DNA from: Planctomycetota bacterium
GTDB taxonomy: Bacteria > Planctomycetota > SZUA-567 > H5-PLA8
Length of the DNA: 20,754 nt
Assembly (NCBI GenBank): GCA_045863855.1
Contig: BTVV01000109.1
Coordinates: 1 to 20,754, forward strand
Direction of reading: 5' to 3'
Shown in pieces: positions 1 through 8,609 of this stretch. The translations under genes were made by a program, and so were the position numbers. The notes under the pieces were generated by a model. The model did not search any database. It was given only the letters and a program-made list of their open reading frames with translations, and was not told the origin of the DNA. Every line of letters begins with the position of its first letter. The first letter of the stretch is position 1.

Positions 1-1621
1 CTGCATTCAGGTTGCCGACTTTGGTCGAACTGAGTACCGAGAGCGGCGCCTGCCCGTCCGCGACGGTGGACGCGAAGCGCACGGCCGATGCCGTCCCGTC
101 GCCGCTCACCACCAAGCGGTCTTCGCCGTTCTGCTGGAGTTGCAAAAGGGCGCCCGCTGCCGTCTTGTTGATGCGGATGCTCGGATGCGTCGTCGCGTCG
201 GTCTGCGCCGTGGCCGGTCCTTTCTGGACGTAGCTATTGGCGAGCGTCGTTCCGGCCTGCCCATCCAGTGTCAGCTCGTCGATGTGCTTCCATTCCGCGC
301 CGCCGTCCCCGTCGCTGGCCAGAACCCGGTCGGCCGAATGGCTTCCGCTGGCGACCTTTTCCTCGGTTACAGACTGATCCTTCAGGTGGTCGGTCCCCAC
401 CGCGCGAAGCGCGTCGTCGGTGGCGTGAGAAGCTAGCTTGGGGGACGTTACCGCGCCATCGGCGAGCTTCGGGGTGGTGACCGAGCCATCGGCCAAAGCT
501 GCGGTGGCTACGGCGTCGCCGGCCAGCTTGGCCGCCGTGACCGCCTGATCCGCCAGCTTCGCTTCGGTGACCGAGCCGTCAGAAAGCTTCGGTGTGGTAA
601 CCGAGCCGTTGGCCAAGGCCGCGGTGGCTACGGCGTCGCCGGCCAGCTTGGCCGCCGTGACCGCCTGATCCGCCAGCTTCGCTTCGGTGACCGAGCCGTC
701 AGAAAGCTTCGGTGTGGTAACCGAGCCGTTGGCCAAGGCCGCGGTGGCTACGGCGTCGCCGGCCAGTTTGGCCGCCGTGACCGCCTGATCCGCCAGCTTC
801 GCCTCGGAAACCGCTCCGTCGGCAAGCTTGGCCGAAGTCACGGCGTTGTCGGCCAGACTGGTGCTGCTCAGCGTGCCGAATCCGAGTGTGGGTCCGATTC
901 GTCGCAATACCGCGCCATCGGTCGAAGCCGCGATATCACCGGGTGAGCCGGCCGTATCGGCGGAGCGTCCCACTACGCTCAAGGCCGCGCTTGAGCGCAG
1001 CTTCGCATTCGAGACGCCTCCGTCTCTTACGCGCAGCGTATCTCCGGCGACTTCCAGCGTAGCGCTATCGGCGTTCACGGAGAGCGGTGTGCCGCCTCCC
1101 CCTGAAAGCCCGTCGCCCGCCGCCGAAGCATGAATCCGGCTCTCGTCCACGGAGCCAGCCGCGAGCTTGGGGGTCGTCACAGCGCCGTCAGCCAGCTTCG
1201 GAGTGGTAACAGATCCGTCGGCCAAGCCGGCAGATTGAATGTTCCCGATGCTGAAGCTGCCTGACTGACCCACCGCCTGGGTCGAAGCCGTAAGCGTGCC
1301 GCTGACCCGGATCGTGCACCGGCTGGATGAAATCGCGGGGACGGTCCAAGTTAGAGATTGGCGCTTCGTCTTGTCTACGTCGGATTTATGGATGGCGCCG
1401 ATATTCAACACTTGCTGGCCCGGCAGCCCTTGATCCACGATCAGTTGCACTTGGGTCAGTTTCGGTTGATTCTTTAGGCTGACGCGAACAACTTGGGACT
1501 GTCCTGGGACATACAGTTCGCCCCCGCGAGGCGCTTCAATCAGGAGTTCCTTGTCGGCACCCCAAGCGGAGACCGCTCCTAGCAGAAGGATTACCGCAAA
1601 TCGCAAAGCGTGGCGATGCAT
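1..1621 (-). CDS. Secreted fibre/adhesin-like repeat protein (tail-fibre-like, 10-aa repeats), partial: runs off the window start
   Basis: Not in the ORF track because it has no stop in the window. Manual translation from ATG 1621 is open for 540 codons: MHRHALRFAVILLLGAVSAWGADKELLIEAPRGGELYVPGQ (signal peptide), many LADG(S/A)VTxxKL-type repeats, ending FASTVADGQAPLSVLSSTKVGNLNA. RBS AGGAG at 1631-1635. Confidence 0.85.
   Translation of the reverse strand, partial: MHRHALRFAVILLLGAVSAWGADKELLIEAPRGGELYVPGQSQVVRVSLKNQPKLTQVQLIVDQGLPGQQVLNIGAIHKSDVDKTKRQSLTWTVPAISSSRCTIRVSGTLTASTQAVGQSGSFSIGNIQSAGLADGSVTTPKLADGAVTTPKLAAGSVDESRIHASAAGDGLSGGGGTPLSVNADSATLEVAGDTLRVRDGGVSNAKLRSSAALSVVGRSADTAGSPGDIAASTDGAVLRRIGPTLGFGTLSSTSLADNAVTSAKLADGAVSEAKLADQAVTAAKLAGDAVATAALANGSVTTPKLSDGSVTEAKLADQAVTAAKLAGDAVATAALANGSVTTPKLSDGSVTEAKLADQAVTAAKLAGDAVATAALADGSVTTPKLADGAVTSPKLASHATDDALRAVGTDHLKDQSVTEEKVASGSHSADRVLASDGDGGAEWKHIDELTLDGQAGTTLANSYVQKGPATAQTDATTHPSIRINKTAAGALLQLQQNGEDRLVVSGDGTASAVRFASTVADGQAPLSVLSSTKVGNLNA
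471..807. repeat. 120-bp tandem repeat (about 2.8 copies), each unit made of four 30-bp subunits
   Basis: 541-600 is identical to 661-720. 601-660 differs from 721-780 at one base. 481-540 is a slightly diverged copy. Each unit encodes a 40-aa block AKLADQAVTAAKLAGDAVATAALANGSVTTPKLSDGSVTE. Confidence 0.95.
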
Positions 1622-1676
1622 GTTCCATCACTCCTGAAGGTTCGAATACCGGTTACCCATGCACTGGAAAATGGTG

Positions 1677-1704
1677 AGCGTAAGTCCACAACATCCTAAG
1701 TCAA
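1677..1704 (-). promoter_or_regulatory. Putative sigma70-type promoter for the fibre-like gene
   Basis: Minus strand reads TTGACT-N16-TACGCT with an AT-rich stretch upstream. Confidence 0.4.
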
Positions 1705-1793
1705 CCTGATACAAAAATACTAACATAGGCGAACGCACACGTGCCTTTACGCCTTTGCAATAACCAACTCGCCAATCAGTACGCTCTACCGCT

Positions 1794-1829
1794 AAAACAA
1801 ACGCGCCCCGGGGATCTCCCGGGGCGCGT
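1794..1829 (-). terminator. Rho-independent terminator of groES-groEL
   Basis: 12-bp stem ACGCGCCCCGGG/CCCGGGGCGCGT (1801-1829) followed on the minus strand by a T-rich tail (TTGTTTT), about 50 nt after the groEL stop. Confidence 0.85.
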
Positions 1830-1881
1830 CGGCTTCGGCCGTTTCAGCTTTTGAATTACGAATGACCGATCTGGGCCGGTA

Positions 1882-3555
1882 CTAGAAGTCCATCCCGCCC
1901 ATTCCGCCCATGCCACCCATCCCGCCCATGCCACCCATTCCGCCGCCGCCCGGAGGACCGCCGGCAGGCGCGGCCTTCTTGGCGGATTCGCAGATCGCGG
2001 CATCGGTGGTGAGCAAGAGCCCCGCGACGCTCGCGGCGTTCTGCAGCGCGGCCTTGGTGACCTTGGCGGCATCGAAAACGCCGTCCTTCACCAGATCCGT
2101 GTACTCTTCGGTCATCGCGTTGAAACCGAAGTTCACGTTCTTGTTGGCGAGCACTTCGCGCACGACGACGGCGCCCTCGTGACCGGCGTTCTCGGCGATC
2201 TGGCGGCACGGAGCCTCCAGCGCGCGCTTGATGATCTCCTTGCCGACGTTCTCGTCGCCCTTGAGCTTCAGGTCGTCGAGCGTCTGAGCGGCGCGCAGCA
2301 GACTGACGCCGCCGCCCGGCAGGATGCCTTCTTCCACCGCCGCGCGGGCCGCGTTGAGCGCGTCTTCGACGCGGAGCTTGCGTTCCTTCATCTCGCTCTC
2401 GGTCGCCGCGCCCACCTTGACCACCGCCACGCCGCCGGCCAGCTTAGCGAGCCGTTCCTGCAGCTTCTCGCGGTCGTAGTCGCTCGTCGTGCCTTCGATC
2501 TGCTTCTTGATCTGCGCGATGCGGCCCTGAATCTGGTCGCTGTCGCCGGCGCCTTCGATCAGCGTCGTGTTGTCCTTGTCGATCTCGACCTTCTTCACGC
2601 GGCCCAGGTCTTCGACCTTGATGCTGTCCAGACCGATGCCCAGGTCTTCGGTGATCGCCCGGCCGCCGGTGAGTACCGCGATGTCCTGCAGCATCTCCTT
2701 GCGGCGGTCGCCGTAGCCCGGCGCCTTGACCGCCACGCACTGCAGCGTTCCGCGCAGCTTGTTGACGACCAGCGTCGCCAGCGCTTCGCCTTCGACGTCC
2801 TCGGCGACGATCAGCAGCGGTTTGCCGCCCTGGCTCACCTTCTCCAGCAGCGGAACCAGATCCTTGACCGTGCTCAGCTTCTTTTCGTAAATCAGGATGT
2901 ACGCGTTCTCGAGCTCCACTTTCATCTCGGTCGGGTTCGTCACGAAGTGGGGGCTCAGGAAGCCGCGGTCGAACGCCATGCCCTCGACCAGCTCCAGTTC
3001 CGTCTCGATGCCCTTGCCTTCTTCGACCGTGATGCAGCCGTCCTTGCCGACCTGCTCCATCGCATCGGCGATCTTGTTCCCGATCTCTTCGTCGTTGTTC
3101 GCCGCGATGCTCGAAACCTTCGCGATATCCGCGCGGCCATTGACGGGCTTGGAGGCCTTGGTGAGCTGCGCGACGATGTGCGCGACGGCCTTATCGATCC
3201 CGCGCTTCAGCGCGATGGGGCTCGCACCGGCGGCGATGTTCTTCATGCCTTCCTCGAAGATCGCCTCGGCCAGCATCACGCTCGTCGTGGTGCCGTCGCC
3301 GACCTGGTCGTTGGTCTTGCTGGAAACTTCGCGGACGAGCTGCGCGCCCATGTTCGCGTACTTGTCTTCCAGCTCGATCTCTTTGGCCACCGTCACGCCG
3401 TCATTGGCGACCGTGGGGCTGCCGAAGGACTTCTCGATGATCACGCAGCGCCCTCGCGGGCCCAGCGTCACGCGCAGCGCGCGCGCCAAAATCCGCACGC
3501 CCGCCCGCAATCCTTCGCGCGCATCCTGATCGAACACCAGCTTCTTCACCGCCAT
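1882..3555 (-). CDS. groL: Chaperonin GroEL (Cpn60), 557 aa
   Basis: Motifs [50 protein letters not shown] and a C-terminal (GGM)6 tail. Start moved to ATG 3555 (MAVKKLVF), 8 nt after RBS TAAGGAG. Confidence 0.99.
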   Translation of the reverse strand: MAVKKLVFDQDAREGLRAGVRILARALRVTLGPRGRCVIIEKSFGSPTVANDGVTVAKEIELEDKYANMGAQLVREVSSKTNDQVGDGTTTSVMLAEAIFEEGMKNIAAGASPIALKRGIDKAVAHIVAQLTKASKPVNGRADIAKVSSIAANNDEEIGNKIADAMEQVGKDGCITVEEGKGIETELELVEGMAFDRGFLSPHFVTNPTEMKVELENAYILIYEKKLSTVKDLVPLLEKVSQGGKPLLIVAEDVEGEALATLVVNKLRGTLQCVAVKAPGYGDRRKEMLQDIAVLTGGRAITEDLGIGLDSIKVEDLGRVKKVEIDKDNTTLIEGAGDSDQIQGRIAQIKKQIEGTTSDYDREKLQERLAKLAGGVAVVKVGAATESEMKERKLRVEDALNAARAAVEEGILPGGGVSLLRAAQTLDDLKLKGDENVGKEIIKRALEAPCRQIAENAGHEGAVVVREVLANKNVNFGFNAMTEEYTDLVKDGVFDAAKVTKAALQNAASVAGLLLTTDAAICESAKKAAPAGGPPGGGGMGGMGGMGGMGGMGGMDF

Positions 3556-3616
3556 GGCACACACTCCTTAAAATGGTTCCGGTTGCCCTTGGATTTCGTT
3601 CGCGATCCGAACCGAC

Positions 3617-3913
3617 TTAGCGGCTCACGACCGCCAGAATGTCTTCTTCCGGCATCAGCAAGTACTCTTCGCCGTCGATCTTCACTTCGGTGCCGGCGTA
3701 GCTCGAGAAGAGGACGCGGTCGCCCTTCTTCACCTGGAACTCGCCGCGGGAGCCGTCGTCCAGCGTCTTACCGCTGCCGAGCGCGATGATCTTGCCTTCC
3801 TTCGGCTTCTCCTTCGCCGTATCCGGAAGCACGATCCCGCCGGCCGTCTTTTCTTCGGCCTCCAATCGCTTGACCAGCACCTTGTCGCCGAGAGGCGTCA
3901 CTTTGGTTCCCAT
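3617..3913 (-). CDS. groS: Co-chaperonin GroES, 98 aa
   Basis: [31 protein letters not shown]...[18 protein letters not shown]...EEDILAVV. Start at ATG 3913 after a purine-rich AAGGGGG; lies directly upstream of groEL. Confidence 0.99.
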   Translation of the reverse strand: MGTKVTPLGDKVLVKRLEAEEKTAGGIVLPDTAKEKPKEGKIIALGSGKTLDDGSRGEFQVKKGDRVLFSSYAGTEVKIDGEEYLLMPEEDILAVVSR

Positions 3914-4214
3914 GTGCTTAAAGCCCCCTTCACACCTGTTGGTTATTGGACCGCACGCAGTCCGAAAATTATCGAACGGCTTGAAATAGCAACCCCAAGG
4001 CCACACGTGCTTTGGAGCTTAACTGCTTGCGGCTAAACCGGTTGACGATAATCGCCCGACAAGGCAGACCCGTTTGGACGAGTCATTTTGACTGCGTTCG
4101 GCGCTACCTGTCTGGTCGCTTCGCGCTAGGGAGTAGCCCATTTCGTGCACGAGGTGTCAATCGATTTCTTGATCGGACCTGCCGCTTTTTGCATGGTGCG
4201 TTAGACTGATCGGC

Positions 4215-5069
4215 ATGCGCGTCACCTTTCTAATGCTGACGATCCTGGCTTGCGCAGCCCTTTATGGTGGCGAAGCAGCGGATCCCGAAGAGGCGTTGCG
4301 GCAGGCGGGTGCGGAGGTCCGGCACGGAGCCGTGCTGCTGCGCGGAAAGGAAGCTGGAGAGTTCACGGCGCTGGTTCCGCACCTGAAGGCACTGCCGGAA
4401 TTGCGCATCCTGAGCCTCGCCGGTTCAAAGGCCAACGACGCGGATGTGCAGGAACTTGCCGCACTCCCGCATTTGACCTCCGTGGATCTGAGCGGCACTA
4501 CGGTCACCGACGCGGGACTGGCCGCGCTGAAGGGCCTCGGGCCGCTCGAAAGCGTGCGCTTGAACGATACGAAGATCGGTGCGGGCGCGCTCGACTCGCT
4601 TAAGGTTCACGCCGCCGCGCTGCGGGAGCTTCAGCTCGATGGAACGGCGCTGAACGACGCGGCCTTGGAAAGCCTAGGCCTGTTCACGAAGTTGACCGCG
4701 CTGAGCCTGCGCAAGGCCTCCGCGACCTCGGCGGGCTTGGCCGCGCTCAAGGACTTGGCGGCGCTGCAGTCGCTGGATCTCTCCGATACCGGCGTGGACG
4801 GCGCGGTTCTGGCGCATCTGGCGAAACTCCCGGAACTGAAGAGCCTGAAGCTTTCGAACACCAAAATCGACGACGCGAGCCTTGGGGTGCTGCGCGAGGC
4901 ACCGAAGCTCTCGTGGCTCTTCCTCGACGGAACGCCCGTCAGCGACGCGGGAGTGGAGGCGCTCGCGGCGCTGAAACTGGAAGTCCTGAACCTGCGCCGG
5001 ACAAAACTCACCGAAACCGGGCTCGCGAAGCTGGCCGAGTCCCTCCCCAAGACACGCATCTTGAAGTAG
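4215..5069 (+). CDS. Secreted leucine-rich repeat protein (about 9 repeats of ~24 aa)
   Basis: Hydrophobic signal peptide MRVTFLMLTILACAALYG. Repeats follow LxxLxxLxLxxTxVtDaGLxxLxx; C-terminal cap LPKTRILK. Confidence 0.9.
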   Translation: MRVTFLMLTILACAALYGGEAADPEEALRQAGAEVRHGAVLLRGKEAGEFTALVPHLKALPELRILSLAGSKANDADVQELAALPHLTSVDLSGTTVTDAGLAALKGLGPLESVRLNDTKIGAGALDSLKVHAAALRELQLDGTALNDAALESLGLFTKLTALSLRKASATSAGLAALKDLAALQSLDLSDTGVDGAVLAHLAKLPELKSLKLSNTKIDDASLGVLREAPKLSWLFLDGTPVSDAGVEALAALKLEVLNLRRTKLTETGLAKLAESLPKTRILK

Positions 5070-5075
5070 GCGAAC

Positions 5076-5110
5076 AGCCGCCCGTGCCGGCGCCAACGGG
5101 GGCTCTTTTT
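5076..5110 (+). terminator. Probable Rho-independent terminator after the LRR gene
   Basis: Bulged GC stem AGCC(G)CCCGT...ACGGGGGCT followed by CTTTTT. Confidence 0.6.
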
Positions 5111-5151
5111 GGCACTTCTGGCCTCCTTTTACGGGAAGCCTGGCAGTTTGG

Positions 5152-5180
5152 TTGACACACGTGCAGCCATACCTTAAAAG
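5152..5180 (+). promoter_or_regulatory. Putative sigma70 promoter of rpsB-tsf
   Basis: TTGACA (5152-5157)-N17-TAAAAG (5175-5180). Confidence 0.55.
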
Positions 5181-5184
5181 TGGT

Positions 5185-5392
5185 GGGCTTCCGCCGAAGT
5201 TTGGGCAAGCCGCGGCGAAGCCTGTGAGCCACACAGGGCTGCCCAGTCGTCTAGCCATGCGTCTGTCGGGTCGGAGTGGAGTTAGTGCGGGCGATAGCCC
5301 GAAAACGCTCCCGGACGGCACGGACCGTCCCGAACCCGTAGGAACCGCACAGGAACGCCCGCACCGCGCGGCGTTCCGGGAAAGGATTTTGC
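5185..5392 (+). promoter_or_regulatory. Long structured rpsB 5' leader (possible S2 autoregulatory element)
   Basis: Multiple hairpins: CCTGTG/CACAGG, CGGGC-GATA-GCCCG, GGACGG/CCGTCC, and GGAACGCC/GGCGTTCC next to the RBS (GAAAGGA). rpsB leaders are known autoregulatory sites in other bacteria. Confidence 0.5.
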
Positions 5393-6181
5393 ATGCCGAT
5401 CGTCAGCGCCAAGGACCTGCTCAACGCGGGCGCGCATTTCGGGCACAGCGCCAGCCGCTGGAACCCGAAGATGGCGCCATACATTCTCACCAAGCGGAAC
5501 AAGATTCACATCATCAACCTGCGCGAGACGGTGCGCGGGCTGGTGGCGGCGTACTATTTCGTGCGCAAGACGGTCAGCGAAGGCGGCCAGTTGCTGGTCG
5601 TCGGCACGAAGCGGCAGGCGCAGGAGATCGTGAAGCGGCAGTCCGAGCGCTGCGAGATGCCGTACGTTTCCGAGCGCTGGCTGGGCGGCACGCTGACGAA
5701 CCTGGCGACGATCAAGGAGCGCGTTAAGCGCCTGATCGAGCTGGAAAAGATGGAAGAGGACGGCTCGATCAATTCCGAGAGCAAGAAGATGCGTAGCGCG
5801 CTGAACCGCGAGCAGCGCAAGATCAAGCGCAACCTGGACGGCATCCGGCGCATGACGGATCTGCCGGGCGTCATTTTCGTCGTGGACCCCAAACACGATC
5901 ACAACGCCGTGGCCGAAGCGGTGACGCTGGGCATTCCGGTGGTGGCGATGCTGGACACCGACGCCGATCCGGACGCGATCAGCATTCCGATTCCCGCCAA
6001 CGACGACGCGCTGCGCTCCATCGAGACCGTCGTGGCTAAGATCGCCGACGCGGCCGTCGAAGGCACGAATCTGCGCAAGGCGAACCCGGATCTGGTGCAT
6101 CATAAGAAGGCGGCCGAACGCCGGCAGATCGAAGAGCAGCAGGGGATCGGCGCCGTGACGGTAGGCGGACGCGCGCGCTAA
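5393..6181 (+). CDS. rpsB: 30S ribosomal protein S2
   Basis: LLNAGAHFGH...WNPKMAPYI, VGTKRQA, RWLGGTLTN, DTDADPD, PANDDALRSI. Confidence 0.99.
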   Translation: MPIVSAKDLLNAGAHFGHSASRWNPKMAPYILTKRNKIHIINLRETVRGLVAAYYFVRKTVSEGGQLLVVGTKRQAQEIVKRQSERCEMPYVSERWLGGTLTNLATIKERVKRLIELEKMEEDGSINSESKKMRSALNREQRKIKRNLDGIRRMTDLPGVIFVVDPKHDHNAVAEAVTLGIPVVAMLDTDADPDAISIPIPANDDALRSIETVVAKIADAAVEGTNLRKANPDLVHHKKAAERRQIEEQQGIGAVTVGGRAR

Positions 6182-6332
6182 GCGCCCTCGGCGCCGCGTT
6201 GCGGGGCACGAGATCATGGCTCGCACCGTTTGTTTTCGCTGCGGGCATGTCTACTGAAGGGCTTCCGGGCAGCCTGATCCGGTGCGCTGTCCGCGCTGTG
6301 GGATGGACGGGCAGGACGAAAGGAACCGTACG

Positions 6333-7169
6333 ATGTCGATCGATGCCAAGGTGGTGATGCAGCTCCGATCCGAGACTGGCGCGGCGATGATGGACTGCAA
6401 GAAGGCGCTCGAAGAAGCCGGCGGCGACAAGGCCAAGGCGCTGGAATGGCTGCGCAAGAAAAACCTGGCCAGCGGCGAAAAGAAGCAGGACCGCGCGGCT
6501 GACGAAGGCGCGTTAGGCGCGAAGCTGGAAGGGGACGCCCTGACGGTGGTGGAACTCTCCGCCAACACCGACTTCGTGGTCCGCAACGAGCAGTTCAAGA
6601 AGCTGCTCGACGATCTGGTGGCGCTGGCTTCGGCGAAGGGGATCACATCGGCCGAGGCGCTGGGCAAGCAGGAACTGGGCGGCAGCGCGGTAAACGATGT
6701 CGTGCGCGAACTAGCCGGCAAGATCGGCGAGAATATCGGGCTCAAGCGCGTGCTGCGCTTTACCGGAGCGTTCGGCTACTACCTGCACCACGACTCGAAG
6801 CAGGGCGCGGTGGTGGAACTGGAAGGCGCGTCGGGCGCCGCGGCGCGCGAATTGGGCAAGGACTTGGCCATGCACGTGGTCTTCGCCAAGCCCGAGTACC
6901 TCAAGCGCGAGGAAGTGCCGGCCGAGCAGGTCCAGAAGGAAAAAGCGTTCATCTCCGATAAGTTGCGCGAGGATCCCAAGAACGCCAAGAAGCCGCCTGA
7001 GATCCTGGACAAGATCGCCGACGGGCAGATCGCCAAGTTCTTCGGGGAGCGCTGCCTGCTCGATCAGCCGTACTTCCGCGAGAACAAGATGACGGTCACG
7101 CAACACCTCCAGCAGGCTGGGGGCGGCGCGAAGATCAAGAAATTCACGTTCTTGCGAGTGGGCAACTGA
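6333..7169 (+). CDS. tsf: Translation elongation factor Ts, 278 aa
   Basis: LRSETGAAMMDCKKAL, TDFV, GKIGENI, YLHH, DLAMHV, LLDQPY. Start moved to ATG 6333 (MSIDAKVV) after GAAAGGA; follows rpsB. Confidence 0.98.
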   Translation: MSIDAKVVMQLRSETGAAMMDCKKALEEAGGDKAKALEWLRKKNLASGEKKQDRAADEGALGAKLEGDALTVVELSANTDFVVRNEQFKKLLDDLVALASAKGITSAEALGKQELGGSAVNDVVRELAGKIGENIGLKRVLRFTGAFGYYLHHDSKQGAVVELEGASGAAARELGKDLAMHVVFAKPEYLKREEVPAEQVQKEKAFISDKLREDPKNAKKPPEILDKIADGQIAKFFGERCLLDQPYFRENKMTVTQHLQQAGGGAKIKKFTFLRVGN

Positions 7170-7179
7170 CCCCGCTTCG

Positions 7180-7205
7180 AAAGCCGCCTCCGGGCGGCTT
7201 TTTTT
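7180..7205 (+). terminator. Rho-independent terminator after tsf
   Basis: AAGCCGCC-TCCG-GGCGGCTT followed by TTTTT. Confidence 0.9.
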
Positions 7206-7273
7206 ATGCCTTCGCCCGCTGCGGAAGGCCTCTATAAACGAATCCGGAATCGGGCGAAGGGAGGGGCGGGCGC

Positions 7274-8053
7274 ATGGCCAAGAGCGAGACCGAAGCGGAA
7301 GAGGTCGGGACGCGAACCCTGCGGCCGGTCTACACCCGGATCATGCTGAAGCTCTCCGGCGAAATGCTGGGCGGGAGCAGCGGGCAGGGGCTGGATACCT
7401 CGCGATTGCAGGGTTTTTGCGAGCAGGTGCTGGACGTCTGCGCTCTCGGCGTTCAGGTGGCGATGGTGATCGGCGGCGGGAACGTGATCCGCGGCCAGCA
7501 GGCCAGCCAGGACTCGGGGCTGCTGCACCGCGCCACCGCCGACTACATGGGCATGCTCGCCACGATGATCAACGCGCTGGCTTTGCAGGACGCCCTGGAA
7601 AGCAAGGGTGGGAAGACGCGCGTGATGAGCGCGATCGAAGCGCGCGCGGTCTGCGAACCGTACATCCGCCGCCGCGCGCTGCGCCACCTCGAGAAGGGCC
7701 GCATTGTCATCCTCGCCGGCGGCACCGGGCATCCTTACTTCAGCACCGACACCACCGCGGCGCTGCGCGCGATGGAACTGAACAGCGAAGTATTGATGAA
7801 AGCGACGAAAGTCGACGGCGTCTACAGCGCCGACCCCAAAAAAGATCCCACGGCGGTCCGGCACAAGCGACTGAGCTACATGCAGGTGATCGAGCGGCGG
7901 CTGGGCGTGATGGATACGACGGCGATCAGCCTGTGCATGGACAATAAGCTGCCTATTCTCGTCTTTAGCCTCGAGACGACGGGGAATATCCTGCGCGCGG
8001 TGACGGGCGAAGCCGAATCGATCGGCACGCTGGTGGACGAGAAGGGCGCGTAA
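7274..8053 (+). CDS. pyrH: Uridylate kinase
   Basis: [68 protein letters not shown]; canonical position after tsf. Confidence 0.99.
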   Translation: MAKSETEAEEVGTRTLRPVYTRIMLKLSGEMLGGSSGQGLDTSRLQGFCEQVLDVCALGVQVAMVIGGGNVIRGQQASQDSGLLHRATADYMGMLATMINALALQDALESKGGKTRVMSAIEARAVCEPYIRRRALRHLEKGRIVILAGGTGHPYFSTDTTAALRAMELNSEVLMKATKVDGVYSADPKKDPTAVRHKRLSYMQVIERRLGVMDTTAISLCMDNKLPILVFSLETTGNILRAVTGEAESIGTLVDEKGA

Positions 8054-8073
8054 GTTCGGACTGGCCGGGGCTG

Positions 8074-8307
8074 CTAGGTGTCGAGCGTCTCTTCCGCCAA
8101 GCCGTGCATCCGCATCAGCAACTTCACGTCGTCGAGATCCAGATTGAAGCGCGGATCGAGCGCCATCGTCAGCAGCGCGCCGACGACGGCCGGCGCGTAG
8201 GCGAGTTCGTAGCGAAATCCGTAACGGTGCCCGGCTTTCACGTAGGTGATTTCGCGCATGGAGCGCGGCGCGGACGGCGGCGGTGTCGGGAAGCGCGGGG
8301 CGTTCAT
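8074..8307 (-). CDS. Small hypothetical protein (77 aa, or 61 aa from ATG 8259)
   Basis: Core REITYVKAGHRYGFRYELAYAPAVVGALLTMALDPRFNLDLDDVKLL looks like a real beta-beta-alpha-alpha protein. From memory it resembles small conserved planctomycete proteins (VKG-x-RYxFxY). Start codon uncertain. Confidence 0.7.
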   Translation of the reverse strand: MNAPRFPTPPPSAPRSMREITYVKAGHRYGFRYELAYAPAVVGALLTMALDPRFNLDLDDVKLLMRMHGLAEETLDT

Positions 8308-8338
8308 GCGGGCTCGCGGCCGAACGAGGCGAAGTTGT

Positions 8339-8395
8339 AGACAGGAGCCGGGACACCGTCCCCCCCACGGTGACGGCGCCCCGGGCGTCCTGTCT
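8339..8395 (-). other. Long imperfect hairpin upstream of the small gene
   Basis: Outer 8-bp stem AGACAGGA/TCCTGTCT plus a 13-bp inner stem whose two A-C mismatches become G-U pairs on the minus strand. Confidence 0.65.
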
Positions 8396-8609
8396 TCCCC
8401 CCTCCACGATGTTCGGAACCGTGGCGGTTGCGGCGATGACAGGACTTTCATCGTCCGTTCTGGTGCGCGGGCTCAAGCGAAATTTTTCAGACCACCCGCG
8501 GCCCCTGCGTGAGCCGAGTCTGCATCGGAGGTCCGCCTTGCGCCGCATGAGGTCTGACGAAGGTTTGGCGTTTGGGGTTTGCCGCTAGAGGTTCATGTCG
8601 CGCATCAGC

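Noticed and set aside
471..840. 30-bp periodicity as a possible CRISPR array
   Set aside because: No unique spacers; the repeats are in-frame coding units.
1888..1950. 9-bp tandem repeats at the end of groEL
   Set aside because: They encode the standard GGM tail of GroEL.
2179..3789. 536-aa plus-strand ORF opposite groEL (similar shadows lie over rpsB, pyrH, the kinase and the hydrolase)
   Set aside because: Antisense shadows of conserved genes with biased codon usage.
5325..5345. CCCGAACCCGT resembling the 3' part of a c-di-AMP riboswitch
   Set aside because: The other conserved elements (GCTGAAT, GGGGTGAAT, CAGCTAAC) are absent.
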